Assembly (NCBI RefSeq): GCF_001194135.2
Contig: NC_068990.1
Span: 69,971,820 to 70,035,819 of the forward strand
Length of the DNA: 64,000 bases
Reading direction: 5' to 3'
Origin: Octopus bimaculoides
Lineage: Eukaryota
A program made the translations under genes and the position numbers. Below, in pieces: positions 25,030-37,959 of the stretch. The notes beneath the pieces were generated by a model. It was not told the origin of the DNA, searched no databases, and saw nothing but the letters and a program-made list of their open reading frames with translations. Position 1 is the first letter of the stretch, and every line of letters starts with the position of its first letter.

Positions 25030-26049
25030 TATATTTACATACATGCTTTACATATAGACATGTTTACATATGCAAGCACACACATACAGGCTCAGGTGAC
25101 ACTATTAAGTTACACATGACCTGAACCCACTGTTGGATGAAATTTATCTGATGTAACACTAATACACATATGTACACTTGCATATATTAACATACACATT
25201 CACACATACACACACAAAAAGCAAAGGGATTGGCGACAGTCAGACAGACAAAGAAAGAAGTGTTATAGACCCATCTGGCCCTCTTCTTCATGAATCAGTA
25301 ATTTTATAAGGGACAGGCACCTGTTTTTCCAATGACAAAAAAATTTAATAAACTAAGAAAAAGGTAATTAACTGAAGACAAATTAATTAACTGAACATTA
25401 ACAAATATAATAATTTTCTCAAAATTTATGAATGATATTTTTAAAGTCCTTCTTGAAAAGACTTGAATCTGGTTTCTGTTACAAGTCACTTGACATGCTA
25501 GAAAATCAGCCAAAACCTCCTCAAACCTCACCCTATTACTTTGAAAAAATGTTGAACACATTGAATAGGTGTCATCCAGTGTACACTATTACTGAAAGTA
25601 AAATGGGATGGTCAAGGTTTGACTGTCTTTGAACATAGCACTGCACTGGTTGATCTAGGTCACTACCTATCTTGGGTTAAACAACAGCAACAGTGGTTGC
25701 CAGTAAAGAATTTTATTTCTAATTTTGATTAGTTAATATTTGTAATTTAATTTAAAAACACAAGTAGTGAAAAAACCCTCAGAAACTATCCGACATGAAT
25801 TTAGATTTTCAAAGCACTCCCAGCATGGCCACAACCTCTAGTTGAAACCTGTGCAGATATCAATGATTTTTCTGTACTGTGTTTTTTTTTTTTTTTTCTA
25901 GTAACAATACAAAAAAATAAATAAAACTTTTTTTTAAATTCTGTATGATTGTATATAATGGTTGTGATTTAAACCTGAATAAATTATCAGTGACACCTGT
26001 CTCATGGAGAATTAAGTATTCAGTTATTTTATTATTATTGAGTGAATGA

Positions 26050-26278
26050 GAGAGAGCAGTGCATGCCTGGTAGAATCATTAGCATGCCATAAGAAATGCT
26101 TAGTAGTATTTCACCCGTCGCTATGTTCCGAGTTCAAATTCTGCCAAGGTTGACTTTACCTTTCATCATTTCGGGGTCAATAAAATAAGTACCAGTTGAA
26201 CACTGGAGTCGATGTAATCGACTTATCCTCACCCCCAAAATTTCAGACCTTGTGCCTGTAGTAGAAAGGATTATTATT
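26050..26278 (+). mobile_element. SINE family C, well preserved
   Basis: tggtagaatcattagc (A-box-like), GAGTTCAAATTC (B-box-like), gactttacctttcatc..ggggtcaataaaataagtaccag..ccttgtgcctgtagtagaaaggattatt. Confidence 0.85.
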
Positions 26279-26580
26279 TGACCCTTATTTCCAATTCTTA
26301 TTTGGCCTCAATATTGATTAAAGAAATTCACTTAAGCATTTTGATAAGCCAATGAACACTTAGTTAAGTAAATGTATGCTCTCACTTGTACACACAAATG
26401 CACACATAGACACATATATGTGCCTATATATTCACTTCCACGCTCACACATTATATAGGTATATATATATATATATATATATATTTCTTTTTCTACCCGT
26501 CTCTTTCTCTGTCTCTCTCAGAAGAAGACATCAGTTCTAATCAAATGTAGGAAGGAATGGGCTCTGCCAAGTTTCACATG

Positions 26581-26800
26581 TCAGCATTTAAATCAGTTAT
26601 ATCTGACTCAAATATTCTACCTGTTTTATTATATTCAAACTGGCTAGTTTCTGCTTCTCACACTTACCTTACAATGTCCTAGAAATATACAATCACATCA
26701 TTGAAGTCTCTAAGCTATAAGGCAATGCATGATTAATTCAAAATAATGTGAATTAGGAAACATCATATTTGAGAAAGTAATCTAAATAAATGCTAAAGGG
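26581..26800 (-). mobile_element. piggyBac-like MITE (about 220 bp)
   Basis: Ends aatgctaaaggg|TTAA at 26800; reverse complement of 56298-56517. Confidence 0.7.
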
Positions 26801-26989
26801 TTAAATTGTCCAAAACATTATGGTTCATGACCACATGACCATCCATTTGAGGGCTGGCAGAAGGAAGAAAGGATGTATATGTATAATACTTATACTCACA
26901 TCATATACACATTCACAAATGTGTCTGATTGTGTATGTTGGTATGCATGAATGAGTATATGTTTCTGTGAATTGAATATTTGTGCATCA

Positions 26990-27052
26990 GTCAAATCGTC
27001 CAACCCATGCTAGCATGGAAAGCGGATGTTAAACGACGACGATGATGATGAT
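26990..27052 (+). mobile_element. Very short, young RTE-tail insertion
   Basis: cagtcaaatcgtccaacccatgctagcatggaaagcggatgttaaacgacgacgatgatgatgat. Confidence 0.75.
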
Positions 27053-27562
27053 GTGTCAGAAAGAGAGGAAGAGAAAAGACAAGAGGATGTTCATTGTTGT
27101 TAGTGTGTGTGTGAAGATTCCTCAAAACCCCTGTGCTTTGGGTTATTTTTTATCTTTTCAGTATTAAAACCACCAGAGTATTCCTCTTAAAGGGTTTGCT
27201 TAGACAGAAAATAATGGCCAGTCTGGAGCATTGGTGGTGGTGGTGGTGGCAGCTAGGTGTCTTGGTTATTTTAAGTACATTTCTTAAACCCACCCCCAAC
27301 ACTATCTACAAGAAGAAAAGACTAACCCTCACTCAATCTCTCTCCCACTCTTCCTCTTCTCCCCCTTTCTCTCTCCCTTATTCTAAGTTCCTCCTTCCCT
27401 ACTCTTGCTATTCATTCATCTTCCTTCTGCAAATATTAATTGTTCCATAATTCATCATAATCTGGCCATAATGTTGTTGTTTCTGTTGTTGCTCTGCAAC
27501 CACAAATCTGACCTGATTGAACAGACTTATGATGAAAGGCATTCCAGCCATAAGCATTCCAT

Positions 27563-27610
<48 letters not shown>

Positions 27611-28632
27611 ATGTATATATATATATACATATATATGTATGTATGTATATATATATATACATATATATGTATGTATGTATATTATATATATATATATGTA
27701 TATTATATATGTATATTATATATATATGTATATTATATATGTATATTATATATATATGTATATTATATANNNNNNNNNNNNNNNNNNNNNNNNNNNNNNN
27801 NNNNNNNNNNNNNNNNNNNNNNNNNNNNNNNNNNNNNNNNNNNNNNNNNNNNNNNNNNNNNNNNNNNNNNNNNNNNNNNNNNNNNNNNNNNNNNNNNNNN
27901 NNNNNNNNNNNNNNNNNNNNNNNNNNNNNNNNNNNNNNNNNNNNNNNNNNNNNNNNNNNNNNNNNNNNNNNNNNNNNNNNNNNNNNNNNNNNNNNNNNNN
28001 NNNNNNNNNNNNNNNNNNNNNNNNNNNNNNNNNNNNNNNNNNNNNNNNNNNNNNNNNNNNNNNNNNNNNNNNNNNNNNNNNNNNNNNNNNNNNNNNNNNN
28101 NNNNNNNNNNNNNNNNNNNNNNNNNNNNNNNNNNNNNNNNNNNNNNNNNNNNNNNNNNNNNNNNNNNNNNNNNNNNNNNNNNNNNNNNNNNNNNNNNNNN
28201 NNNNNNNNNNNNNNNNNNNNNNNNNNNNNNNNNNNNNNNNNNNNNNNNNNNNNNNNNNNNNNNNNNNNNNNNNNNNNNNNNNNNNNNNNNNNNNNNNNNN
28301 NNNNNNNNNNNNNNNNNNNNNNNNNNNNNNNNNNNNNNNNNNNNNNNNNNNNNNNNNNNNNNNNNNNNNNNNNNNNNNNNNNNNNNNNNNNNNNNNNNNN
28401 NNNNNNNNNNNNNNNNNNNNNNNNNNNNNNNNNNNTTATATATATATGTATATTATATATGTATATTATATATATATGTATATTATATATGTATATATGT
28501 ATATTATATATATATTATATATGTATATTATATATATATATATTATAATTATATATTATATATATTATATGTATATAATATTATATATGTATATGATATA
28601 TATATATATTATATATGTATATATATATTATA
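27563..28632. repeat. (TA)-rich micro/minisatellite spanning an assembly gap
   Basis: tatatatgtatatta-type units on both sides of the N-run 27770-28435. Confidence 0.9.
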
Positions 28633-29023
28633 TATCATCATCATCAACATCATCGTTTAATGTCCACTTTCCATGCTGGCATGGGTTGGATGGTTCGACT
28701 GAGGACTGGCGAGCCAGAAAGCTGCACCAGGCTCCAATCTGATCTGGCAGAGTTTCTACAGCTGGATGCCCTTCCTAACGCCTACCACTCCGAGAGTGTA
28801 GTGGGTGCGTTTACGTGCCACCAGCACGAGGGCCAGTCAGGTGGTACTGACAACGGCCACACTCAAATGGTGTTTTTTATGTGCCACCTGCACAGGAGCC
28901 AGTCCAATGGCACTGGCAGCGACCTCCCTCCCTTGAATGTTGTTTTTCACATGTCACTGGCACAAGTAAGGTGACGCTGGTAACGATCACGCTTGAATGG
29001 TGCTTTTTACGTGCCACCAGCCC
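28633..29023 (-). mobile_element. RTE 3' UTR / RTE-tailed SINE with four tandem modules of about 65 bp
   Basis: High similarity to 22-490 and 31497-31920. The ggtgctttttacgtgccacc module recurs at 28804, 28869, 28939 and 28999. Confidence 0.85.
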
Positions 29024-30829
29024 TATATATATATATATTATATATATATGTGTGTAGAGAGAGAGTGAGAGAGAGAAAGACAGACAGGGACAGAGAGAGA
29101 GCTATATTTTTGTCTATGTACTGTCCCTCCTCTTTTTAAGATGGCAAGTTATAATTTGAAATTTGGCTGTTATTTCTTGCAATACTCTTTCTTCTGTTGG
29201 GTCCCTTGTTACTGATATTTCTTAACATCATTCCCAGCCATTGTTTTACCTGTTCTGGATTTTCATAATGAGATGGAGCCTCCCCACCACCACCACCACC
29301 ACCACCACCACCATCCGTCTTTCAAGCCAACCTCAAAGTTTTTTTTGTTTTTTTTCTTTGGAGATTCTAACATTTTCTTTCTTTAATTCCACCCACCCCT
29401 ATTCTACTTAGTCTGAACTCTCCCCTTTCTATCATTCCAATACCCACTCAGTCCCCTTCACATTTTTCTCTTCTTGCCCCTTCCTGGTACCCCCTGTCTT
29501 ACAGGTGAATAACAGACATACCTCTGCCTTTAGTCATGTCCTCAGCAGGTAGTTATTGTGACACTGCCTCCAACTCCCTTTTTATTATCACAAGGACTTG
29601 CTTCACTCCCACTCATCCTCCCTTCCCTCCCACTTCAACATTTTCTCTTCCTCATCCTTCTACCACCGTATTTCTCCTGTTAATGCACACTTCTTCTTCT
29701 TGCTGCTCTGCCATTAGCCCCACTTCAGTCTGTGTATATTGAATTGGTGACGGTGTGGTTAGCCTCCAGGTTGACTCTGGTATAACTAACAAAACACCTA
29801 TGATCAAAGACAGTCTATTTGTGACCAACTATCCTCTCTTGTAAGGTCTATCTAGGAATCTTGTTATCTAATGTTTCTTGTATTTTTTTAATAAAAAAAA
29901 AGATATGGAAGTAGGAAATTTTAAGGTAGTTTGGTTGCTTTTTCTAAACAGGTCATGTGACCCTTCCTCCATTTCGTTGGCTGTGTGGTGGGGAGAGAAG
30001 GGTGTCATTTGACACCACACACACCTGCTGCTCTATATATGGGTCTTTTATTTTTATGGGGCCAGAAGTTGAAGGTTGTTAGTTGATGTTGGTAGTGGGA
30101 AGGAGGAGAAGCTCCCCTCCCAGGTTGTGTAGGGTTTGGGGTGGAGGCTGTTGTGTAGGCGATATGGAGCCTAAACCACCGCCCTCCCTAGGAGCAACTA
30201 CATATTACCGTTTAACCCTAGGTCAACACTGACAGAGCAAAAATCTATGATCAAATGCATTCCAGTCATGACCAACCTACTCTTTCTTTTACTTATTTCA
30301 GTCATTAGACTGCTGCCCATGCTGGGACACCATCTTGAAGGGTTTTAGGGGAACAAATCAACTCCTTTATTTATTTTAAGCCTGGTGTTTTTCTTTATTT
30401 TTTTCCTTCAGATTATTTAGAATTGTTTAATAAGCCATCTGATAGCAGGTAGAATCATTAGATTATCAAACAAAATGGCATGCAGTTTTTAGTTATGGTC
30501 CTTAACATTCTTAGTTGAAATCCCACTAAGGTCAACTCTGCTTTTCATCCTTCCAGGTACAATAAAATAAAGAACACGTACTGGGGTTGGGTTAATCACC
30601 TATTCCCTCCCTCCTTCTCTCCCTCCTAATTGCTGGTCTTGTGCCTCTGTTAACAATCAAGTAGAGGAGTGACTAGTTGCTTTAACTCATCATAACTAGT
30701 AAGATTGCTTAGTACAAAATTTGCTGAATAAAATAATGAAATGTGGTTAAATTACAATTTATTTTGCTGCTATTTTTAGCAGATCCAGCGACCATAGGGA
30801 GCAGTGGTTACCCTTTATCTTTACCTTTT

Positions 30830-31050
30830 ATTAGTTTCAGTCATTAGACTGCGGCCATGCTGAAGCACCACCTTGAAGAATTTTTTAGTCAAATGAATTG
30901 ACCCCTAGTATTTATTTTTTTGTTTTATAAGCCTGGTACTTACTCTACCAGGCTTTTGCTGAACTGCCAAGTTATGGGGACATAAACGCACTAACCACCT
31001 GCTGTCAAGCAATGGTGTTGGGGGTGAGGGGACAAACACAAACAGTGACT
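30830..31050 (-). mobile_element. SINE family A, 3' half
   Basis: tttcagtcattagactgcggccatgctgaagcacc.. is the reverse complement of the family A 3' end. Confidence 0.75.
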
Positions 31051-31496
31051 GTCCCCTTCAGTAGATGTTATACCTGGCGCCCACCTAAGTGGCAAGTGAG
31101 ACACCAGTACTAAACTAACATAATATGGATGATACTTTATAAATTTTACACTAAAAATAGTTTGTATAAGCGTTTAGCAGTGAAACAATAAAAAATTAAT
31201 AAAGATGTATGAAGTAAATTGTAATTTTATTCCATACATTGCAAGTTGGTGACTTCCCTGTGTCTGATGAGATCTCATTTTATTTTAATAGATATTATCA
31301 TTTATAATATAATTACTACTATAGGTAAAATTTAGTATGTTAATTATGCTATCCCACTGCTCCCTAAAGCTTAATGCCCCCTTTGACATGCCCAGTACCC
31401 CACTGGGGGTGGTACCACCCACATGAGAACTTCTGATTTATAGGCTCTCTTATTAGTATGCAATGTATCAAGTATGTGTGCTAGTAAAGAGAGTTT

Positions 31497-32832
31497 ATCA
31501 TCGTTATCATCATCATCGTTTAACGTCCATTTTCCATGCTGGCATGGGTTGGACGGTTCGACTGGGGTCTGGGAAGCCAGGAGGCGGCATCAGGCTCCAG
31601 ACTGATCTGGCAGTGTTTCTACAGCTGGATGCCCTTCCTAATGCCAACCACTCCGAGAGTATAGTGATTGCTTTTTATGCGCCACGGGCACAGGGGCCAG
31701 AGGGGGCTGGCAATGACCATGATTGGTTGGCATGGAAGCCAGTCAAGATGGCGTTGGCATTGGCCACAATGTGCCACCAGCACGGGGATCACAACTACAA
31801 TTTCCATTTGATTTTGGTTCTGATGTACTTGACTCAATAGGTCGCCTCAAGCATAGCATGTCACCCTACGATCCAAGGTGCTTTTGAGTGGGATGGTTAG
31901 GCGACACTGGTGTAAGTTACAGCTGTGAACTCACTTTATTTGCTGAGTCTTCTCAGTCACAGCACATCTCCAGAGGTCTTGGTCTTTTGTCATTGCCTCT
32001 GTGAGGCCCAACACTCGAAGGTCATGCTTCACCACCTCATCCCATGTCTTCCTGGGTCTCCCTCTATCCTGGATTTCTTCCACTGTTTGGGAGTGACACT
32101 TCTTCACACAAATCCCCTCATCCATCCGTAGTACATGACTATACCAATGCAGATGTCTCTCTTGTACACCACATCTGATGCATCATATGTCCAACATTTC
32201 TCTCAGGTTGCTTACACTTTGTCGTGTGTGCACACTGACATTACACATCCAGCAGATCATGCTAGCTTCATTTCTTTCGAGCCTACACATGTCTTCAACA
32301 GTCACAGCCCATGTTTCACTGCCATGAAGCATGGTAATTTGCACACATGCATCGTGCAATCTGCCTTTCACTCTGAGCGAGAGGCCCTTTATCACCAGTA
32401 GGGGTAGGAGCCTTCTGAACTTTGCCCAGGCTATTCTTATTCTAACACTCACTGAGCATCCACCCCCACTATAGACTTGGTCACCCAGATAGCAGAAGCT
32501 ATCAACTACTTGTAGTTTCTTCCCCCAGGCATGTGATGGAATCTGTTTTCTGAGCATCTGTAATGTTTATTGCCCCTGTGCATATGCCGCACACGAATGC
32601 TATCTTCTGGTTAATCTTCTTTTGGTGTTGCTGCATCTCTTATGCATTCATAGCTTACACGGGGTACATCTTGTGGAGTTTCTACCTACACCTTTTCTAC
32701 AGATCAAGCAGGGCCACCTACCTGAAGGGGTGTGTGATGTGTTCACCATCCTACTTACTAGAACTTTTGTCTTTGCAACATTGACTCCAAGGCCCTTGAA
32801 TTCTAAACCTTGCTTCTACACCTAAAATGGAT
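31497..32832 (-). mobile_element. 5'-truncated RTE-clade LINE (RT C-terminal half and full 3' UTR), with stops and frameshifts
   Basis: Minus-strand peptides KGLGVNVAKTKVL, WPCLICRKGVGRNSTRCTPCKL*MHKRC, VVDSFCYLGD, RIRIAWAKFRRLLPLL, TMLHGSETWA and RGRPRKTWDEVVKHDL, then a (GAT)n tail. Confidence 0.9.
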
Positions 32833-33434
32833 CCATAAGCCTTTGGTAATAATAGGTCTTCAGGTCCTCTCAATTGGAGCCGAGATGAGGCTCACCAACA
32901 ACTGAAATACATTAATCTTTAACAACACAGAAACTTTATCTTTTGCTCATTAATTTGTATAGTTATTAACTTTATACTACTAATAACGTTTCTAATTTAA
33001 ATAACATTTCTTGTCTGTGTTAACACTTGTTAGCTTATCTTAAAATCCTGTCTTAGCAGCTAGTATTTTTCATAACAAGTAAGATATAACATATGACCTC
33101 TTTCATACTTGTCATCAACCACATGTCATATTAAAAGTAGTTTGTTTTTAGCTAAAGAAGTTGTTTGTAAACATTTAACCCTTTTAATGTCACGTTTCTG
33201 TTGAAATACACTCCCTTTGTTTCAGTTAATTTTGAAAATAGAGAATTTAATAAAATAACTTCGTCATGAACTGATGTATAAAACATAAATTAACATAAAA
33301 TTTAGATTGCAATAAAATAAGAAGTTTGTGTCTTAGAAGCAGTAGGCCATCTCATGCAAGTTGATAATAAAACTGTTAATATATCTGCACTACTTTCTCT
33401 AGCTGTTCTAGTTCGTGTTTATTGTCTTTGCTAA

Positions 33435-33645
33435 AAATTATTATAAGAATTGTGGTAGCACAAGGCCCGAAATTTTGGGGGGATTAGATCGACCCCAGTA
33501 CACAACTGGTACTTAAATTATCAACCCCGAAAGGATGAAAGGCAAAGTTGACCTTTGCGGGTTTTGAACTCAGATTGTAAAGACAGACAAAATACCACTA
33601 AGCATTTCGCCCAGCATGCTACTGTTTCTGCCAGCTCGCCTACTT
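33435..33645 (-). mobile_element. SINE family C
   Basis: Reverse complement of 26050-26278. Confidence 0.8.
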
Positions 33646-33679
33646 GGCAGGTAACTAATATTAGAACCTGAATGAGTTT

Positions 33680-33830
33680 CACCCTTTCACTTCCATGCCA
33701 GTTTCTATTTACCAAATCCACATACAATGCTTTGGTCACCCCAAGACTATATATAGTAGAAGATTCCAGCCAGATGGAACTGAGTGTGAAACAAAGGGGT
33801 TTGAAAGCAAACTTCTAAACCACATAGTCA
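33680..33830 (-). mobile_element. SINE A/B head fragment
   Basis: gtttctatttaccaaatccac..gctttggtc..ctaaaccacatagtc. Confidence 0.6.
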
Positions 33831-33924
33831 TGTGTGTGTATGTATATATATATATATATATATTTACACACACACACATACATATAAATATAATATGGAT
33901 AGCTATAGATTTATATTGCCACAT

Positions 33925-34222
33925 GAAAAGCATTGGTGCTGGTACCACATAAAAAAGCATAGTGATGGTACTATATGGAAAGCACCCAGCACACTCTGTA
34001 AAGTGTTTGGCATTAGGAAGGGCATCCAGCTGTAGAAACCATATCAAAACAGACTATGGAACCTGATGTGGCCCCTGGCACTGCCAGTTCCTGTCAACCC
34101 GTGCTAGCATGGAAAATGGATGTTAAATGTTGCGGATGATGATAATATATATATATATATATATATCAAATTGTCCTACTCATGCCAGCATGGAAAGTGG
34201 ACATTAAATGATTATAATGATA
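33925..34222 (+). mobile_element. RTE-tail element with a duplicated terminal tail
   Basis: gtgctggtaccacataaaaaagca module, ggcattaggaagggcatccagctgtagaaacc, a tail at about 34140 and a second short tail at about 34220. Confidence 0.75.
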
Positions 34223-34789
34223 TACACACACACATAACATAATAAACATGTCAATGCCCCATCACCTTTAATGGCTCACCTGAGTCATCATAGAAAGCAT
34301 TTGATTTCCTTTAATATGTCATGACAACAACCTGGTAGATCTTCATCCCTTACTCTCTCTCTTCAGATAAGAAAATTGCAAGATATAGAATGGAACCTGT
34401 TGGGTCCCACTATACTAAACATACACATCACACACCATATTATAAGTTCTTTTATTATAAACATGCATATTGTTCCCAGACAATCAAGGCCTTGCTGGAA
34501 ACATCAGAACTGACCTCTCCTCACATCAAGCATAGAACTTATTTTATTTTCTCAAATTTCAGTAGTAAATGTGATAAATATGATAATAATCTGCATTTTG
34601 TTTTTGTCATTGACTTTTAAATATGCACATACATGTGCACATACATAAATATGCACATACATGTATGTGTGTGTATATGTAAAACCTTAACTTGTGTATA
34701 TTTACATATATATCTGTGTATATGTATGTATGCATATGTATGAGCAAACGTGTATATTTGTATGTGTGTGTATATACATATATATATAT

Positions 34790-35097
34790 GGGAGAATATA
34801 CAAATAATAACAACAGACGAGGACAGGTGGTGTAAATAACAAAAGTATATATTAGTATGACGCTCGGGAATACGGAAAGTCTTTGACGTTTCGAGCTACG
34901 CTCTTCAACAGAAAGAATACGGAGACAAGGAGAAAAACACGGAGAAAAAAAATTGAATAGTGTTCAGTCAACGGTCAATCATGATAATGGCCAATCATAA
35001 TAATGGCCGATCATAACAATGGCTGACCGGAAGTTAGAAATTCTTATTTCAGGAGAGCTAAGAAAGGGGGAGATAACAAACGGTGATCGGGAACGAG
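34790..35097 (-). mobile_element. Young Penelope-like (pseudo-LTR type) repeat in a (TA)n tract, copy 1
   Basis: CpG-rich, flanked by (TA)n, and contains ..GAAGAGCGTAGCTCGAAACGTC.. on the minus strand. 34790-34979 matches 58841-59030 at 189/190 nt. No RT or GIY-YIG coding sequence is present, so the PLE call rests on the motif. Confidence 0.6.
34880..34916 (-). ncRNA. Variant minimal type I hammerhead ribozyme-like fold, copy 1
   Basis: Minus strand UCUUU-CUGUUGA-A-GAGC(GUA)GCUC-GAAAC-GUC-AAAGA: stem I 5 bp, stem II 4 bp, palindromic ACGU stem III. The core deviates from CUGANGA at position 6. Confidence 0.5.
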
Positions 35098-35699
35098 ATA
35101 TATATATATATATATATATATCATACACACACACATCACACACACAAACATAACAATATGCATTCAAATAGAAATAGACTATTTCTTAAATATGATATCA
35201 ATATTGTTTGCCAAATTTTAATGTTTTTAAACTAGTGTGTTGTTTTATTATTTATATATTTATGTTATTTATATATCTATGTTATTTATATTACTTATTA
35301 TTATTATTATCATTATTATTATTATTTTACACTCTTCAACTATTATTATTATGATATTTTTTTTTTTACACTATTCAACTATCTTTTTTTTTTTTTTTTA
35401 CCAATGTCTGTATATACAACTAACTACATTTCAAAATGTATCTGCTGCTTACATCTAGAATTTACTCAAGGGCTGTAAATTTTTAAACAAAACTTTGAAG
35501 ATATTTTTTAATAATATTCTGAATACAATATTTTCCTTCTGAAATCGCCAGCAACAATGCCAAAACTATACATACAGTAGCACTCTAATTACTCGTTAAC
35601 AAAATTTAGAATGGATTCTTATGTTTACTAAATTGTACTTGGTTCTTTAAAGGATTAAAACACTTAAATACCATTCCTATTTCATATACAACACTAGTT

Positions 35700-36166
35700 T
35701 ATCATCATTATCATCATTTAACATCTGTTGTCCATGCTGGCATGGGTTGGACGATTTGACATAACTGGTACACTGGAAGGCAGCACCAAACTCAAATCTG
35801 ATCTGGCATGGTTTTCTATGGCTGGATGCCCTTCCTAACACCAATGTAATGGATGCTTTAACATGCCATCGGCACGAGTGCCATTTGCATCACACTGGGG
35901 AGCATTTATGTGCCACCAGCATGGGTGCCATTTGCATAAAACCGGTATCTGCCACAGCTGCGATTTTTCTTGGCTTGATGAGTCTTCTCAAGCATGACAT
36001 AATGCTAACGGTCTCGGTCATTGCCTCCATGAGGTCCAACACTTGAAAGAAACTCTGCCGCTTTGCCTCCATGAGGCCCAATGCTCATAAGATACTCAGC
36101 CACTTTGCCTCCATGAAGCCCTATTCTTGAAAGGTGTTTTCTATGTGTCACCAGCACAGGTGCTAG
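35700..36166 (-). mobile_element. RTE 3' end with a triplicated ORF C-terminal segment
   Basis: (CAT)n tail; three copies of ttgcctccatgaggcccaa-like sequence at about 36020, 36064 and 36105. Confidence 0.75.
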
Positions 36167-36990
36167 TTACTAAATTTCTGATCATATGAAGGGTCCTTAA
36201 GCTTCCAAATCCTTCCAGATTGGTTTACTTCTTGACATCCTTCTGGCCTGGAGTTTAAAGTCACTAATGACTAGTCTATGTTGGGGGGTACATTCTTCAC
36301 CAGTAAGGGTCTTTGTATTTAGGAATAACCATGCATCCTGCTGTCTAGTGAGAATGTAATTGATCTGGCTAGCAGAGATATCTGATTGGTAGATTATCAG
36401 GTGGCTGGCTGGCTTCCTGAAGTTGGTATTGCAGATCAAAAGAGTATTTGCATACCCCCCTCCCCCCATGCACATCATGGAAGATACCAGGCTGCCGTCC
36501 AACATGCCCATTGAAATCCCCAAGCATGAAGATGAGATCCTTGTCACTCATCTTTGAGGAAGCCTGCAGAAGAATATCATAAAAGTGGTCCTTCTGTTCA
36601 TTTGGTAGACTCGCTTAAGGGGCATAGGCAGAGATAATTGTCACTATACTATTCTGTAAGACTAACCTAAGCTTAAGCACTCTATCACATATGCTGACTA
36701 CTTCTATGACCTTATCTGCCCATTTCTCTGCAAGAAGTATGCCTACCCAATCACTGTTGCCTTCCTAGAAGATTTTATACCTATGTGCCTTGACTGTGAG
36801 GAACCTAGCTGAAGTTCCTCTTCACCTTACCTCTTGGATTGCAACAGTCGTCAACATTCCTCCATCCAGTCATCTCAACAATCTCGCTAGACTTACCTTT
36901 CAAGGCGCCTACACTGATAGTGCCAACTCGGGAAACTGGGAAAGGGACATGGGAGGGAACAAGAGACAGAGAGATGTTCTTCAGCACCTG
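36167..36990 (-). pseudogene. RTE LINE apurinic-like endonuclease (APE) domain, decayed
   Basis: Minus-strand peptides RVGTISVGALKGKSSEIVEM, LIFMLGDFNGHVG, SQINYILTR, TKTLTGEECTPQHRLVISDF and WKLKDP. Confidence 0.85.
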
Positions 36991-37959
36991 AAAAATTGGT
37001 TTCCTTGATCATTTGATAACAGACATGTCATATCAGTTGTTCTTGCTTTAGCCTACCATCATTGAAACATGTTAAAAATAGTTGCCTCTATTGGGGGTGG
37101 GGTGCAATGTAAGCATTGTAAATATAAGTGTTATGAGTGTTATAAATATAAGCATTTCTGCTGTATATATAATAGGTCAATGTTTAAGTAAATGAGCTGC
37201 TATTGGTTAGTCCATTATGTAATAGACAGAAAGAGGTAGGTGGGTTGGTGGGATGGAAGTATGCAAGTCTTCTGGTACAGAAGTGAGGTGGAGCCTTGTC
37301 AGCGTTTCTGGTATGAGAGAAGAGATTTCGGGTATCGGTGGTGGTGGGGGTGGAAATGGACGGATGCATTGCGAACCAGCAATGGCCATTGCCATTGTGA
37401 TGATTTGAAAAGTTATTGAAAAACTAAACAATTATAAGTCACATAAGTTATTTTAGCTCAAAATACATTTTAGCATCACATGTAAGCATGTTAGTATTAC
37501 CAGTTAGAGAAGAGAATGATGAACAATTAAAAGCTAGAGAAATTTTTAAAACTTAGCTGGGCATTAACTATTAATAATACATTCTGAATGAATGGATTTT
37601 CTGACAAACAATTTCTGTTTCAGTGTGAATATTTTTGCTTCCATTTTGTTGAATTTTTTTTTTCTCATTTATTCTTTTTCTTTTTTAATGTGAACTACTT
37701 ATGGTCAATAACCAAACAGTTTCATCTAAATCTCAGAGATTTTCCTTAATTCTTTTATTTCTCTTTTTCTTTGCTTCAGACATTGGACTCTGGCCATGCT
37801 AGGGCACCAATTTAAAGAGTTATAACAATGTCATTTGAAATATCATTGAGAATAGAATGATTTATATTATTGCTGTCTGTGATGTTACTCAAAGTGAAAG
37901 GTTACAGTTAGGGCAGGTGGATCTTGTCCAATACAATTTGGGATTTTGCATGGCTATGT

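Noticed and set aside
28804-29023. Repeat-spacer pattern resembling a CRISPR array
   Set aside because: The spacers are homologous to each other, the unit recurs in every RTE 3' UTR copy, the DNA is eukaryotic, and there are no cas genes.
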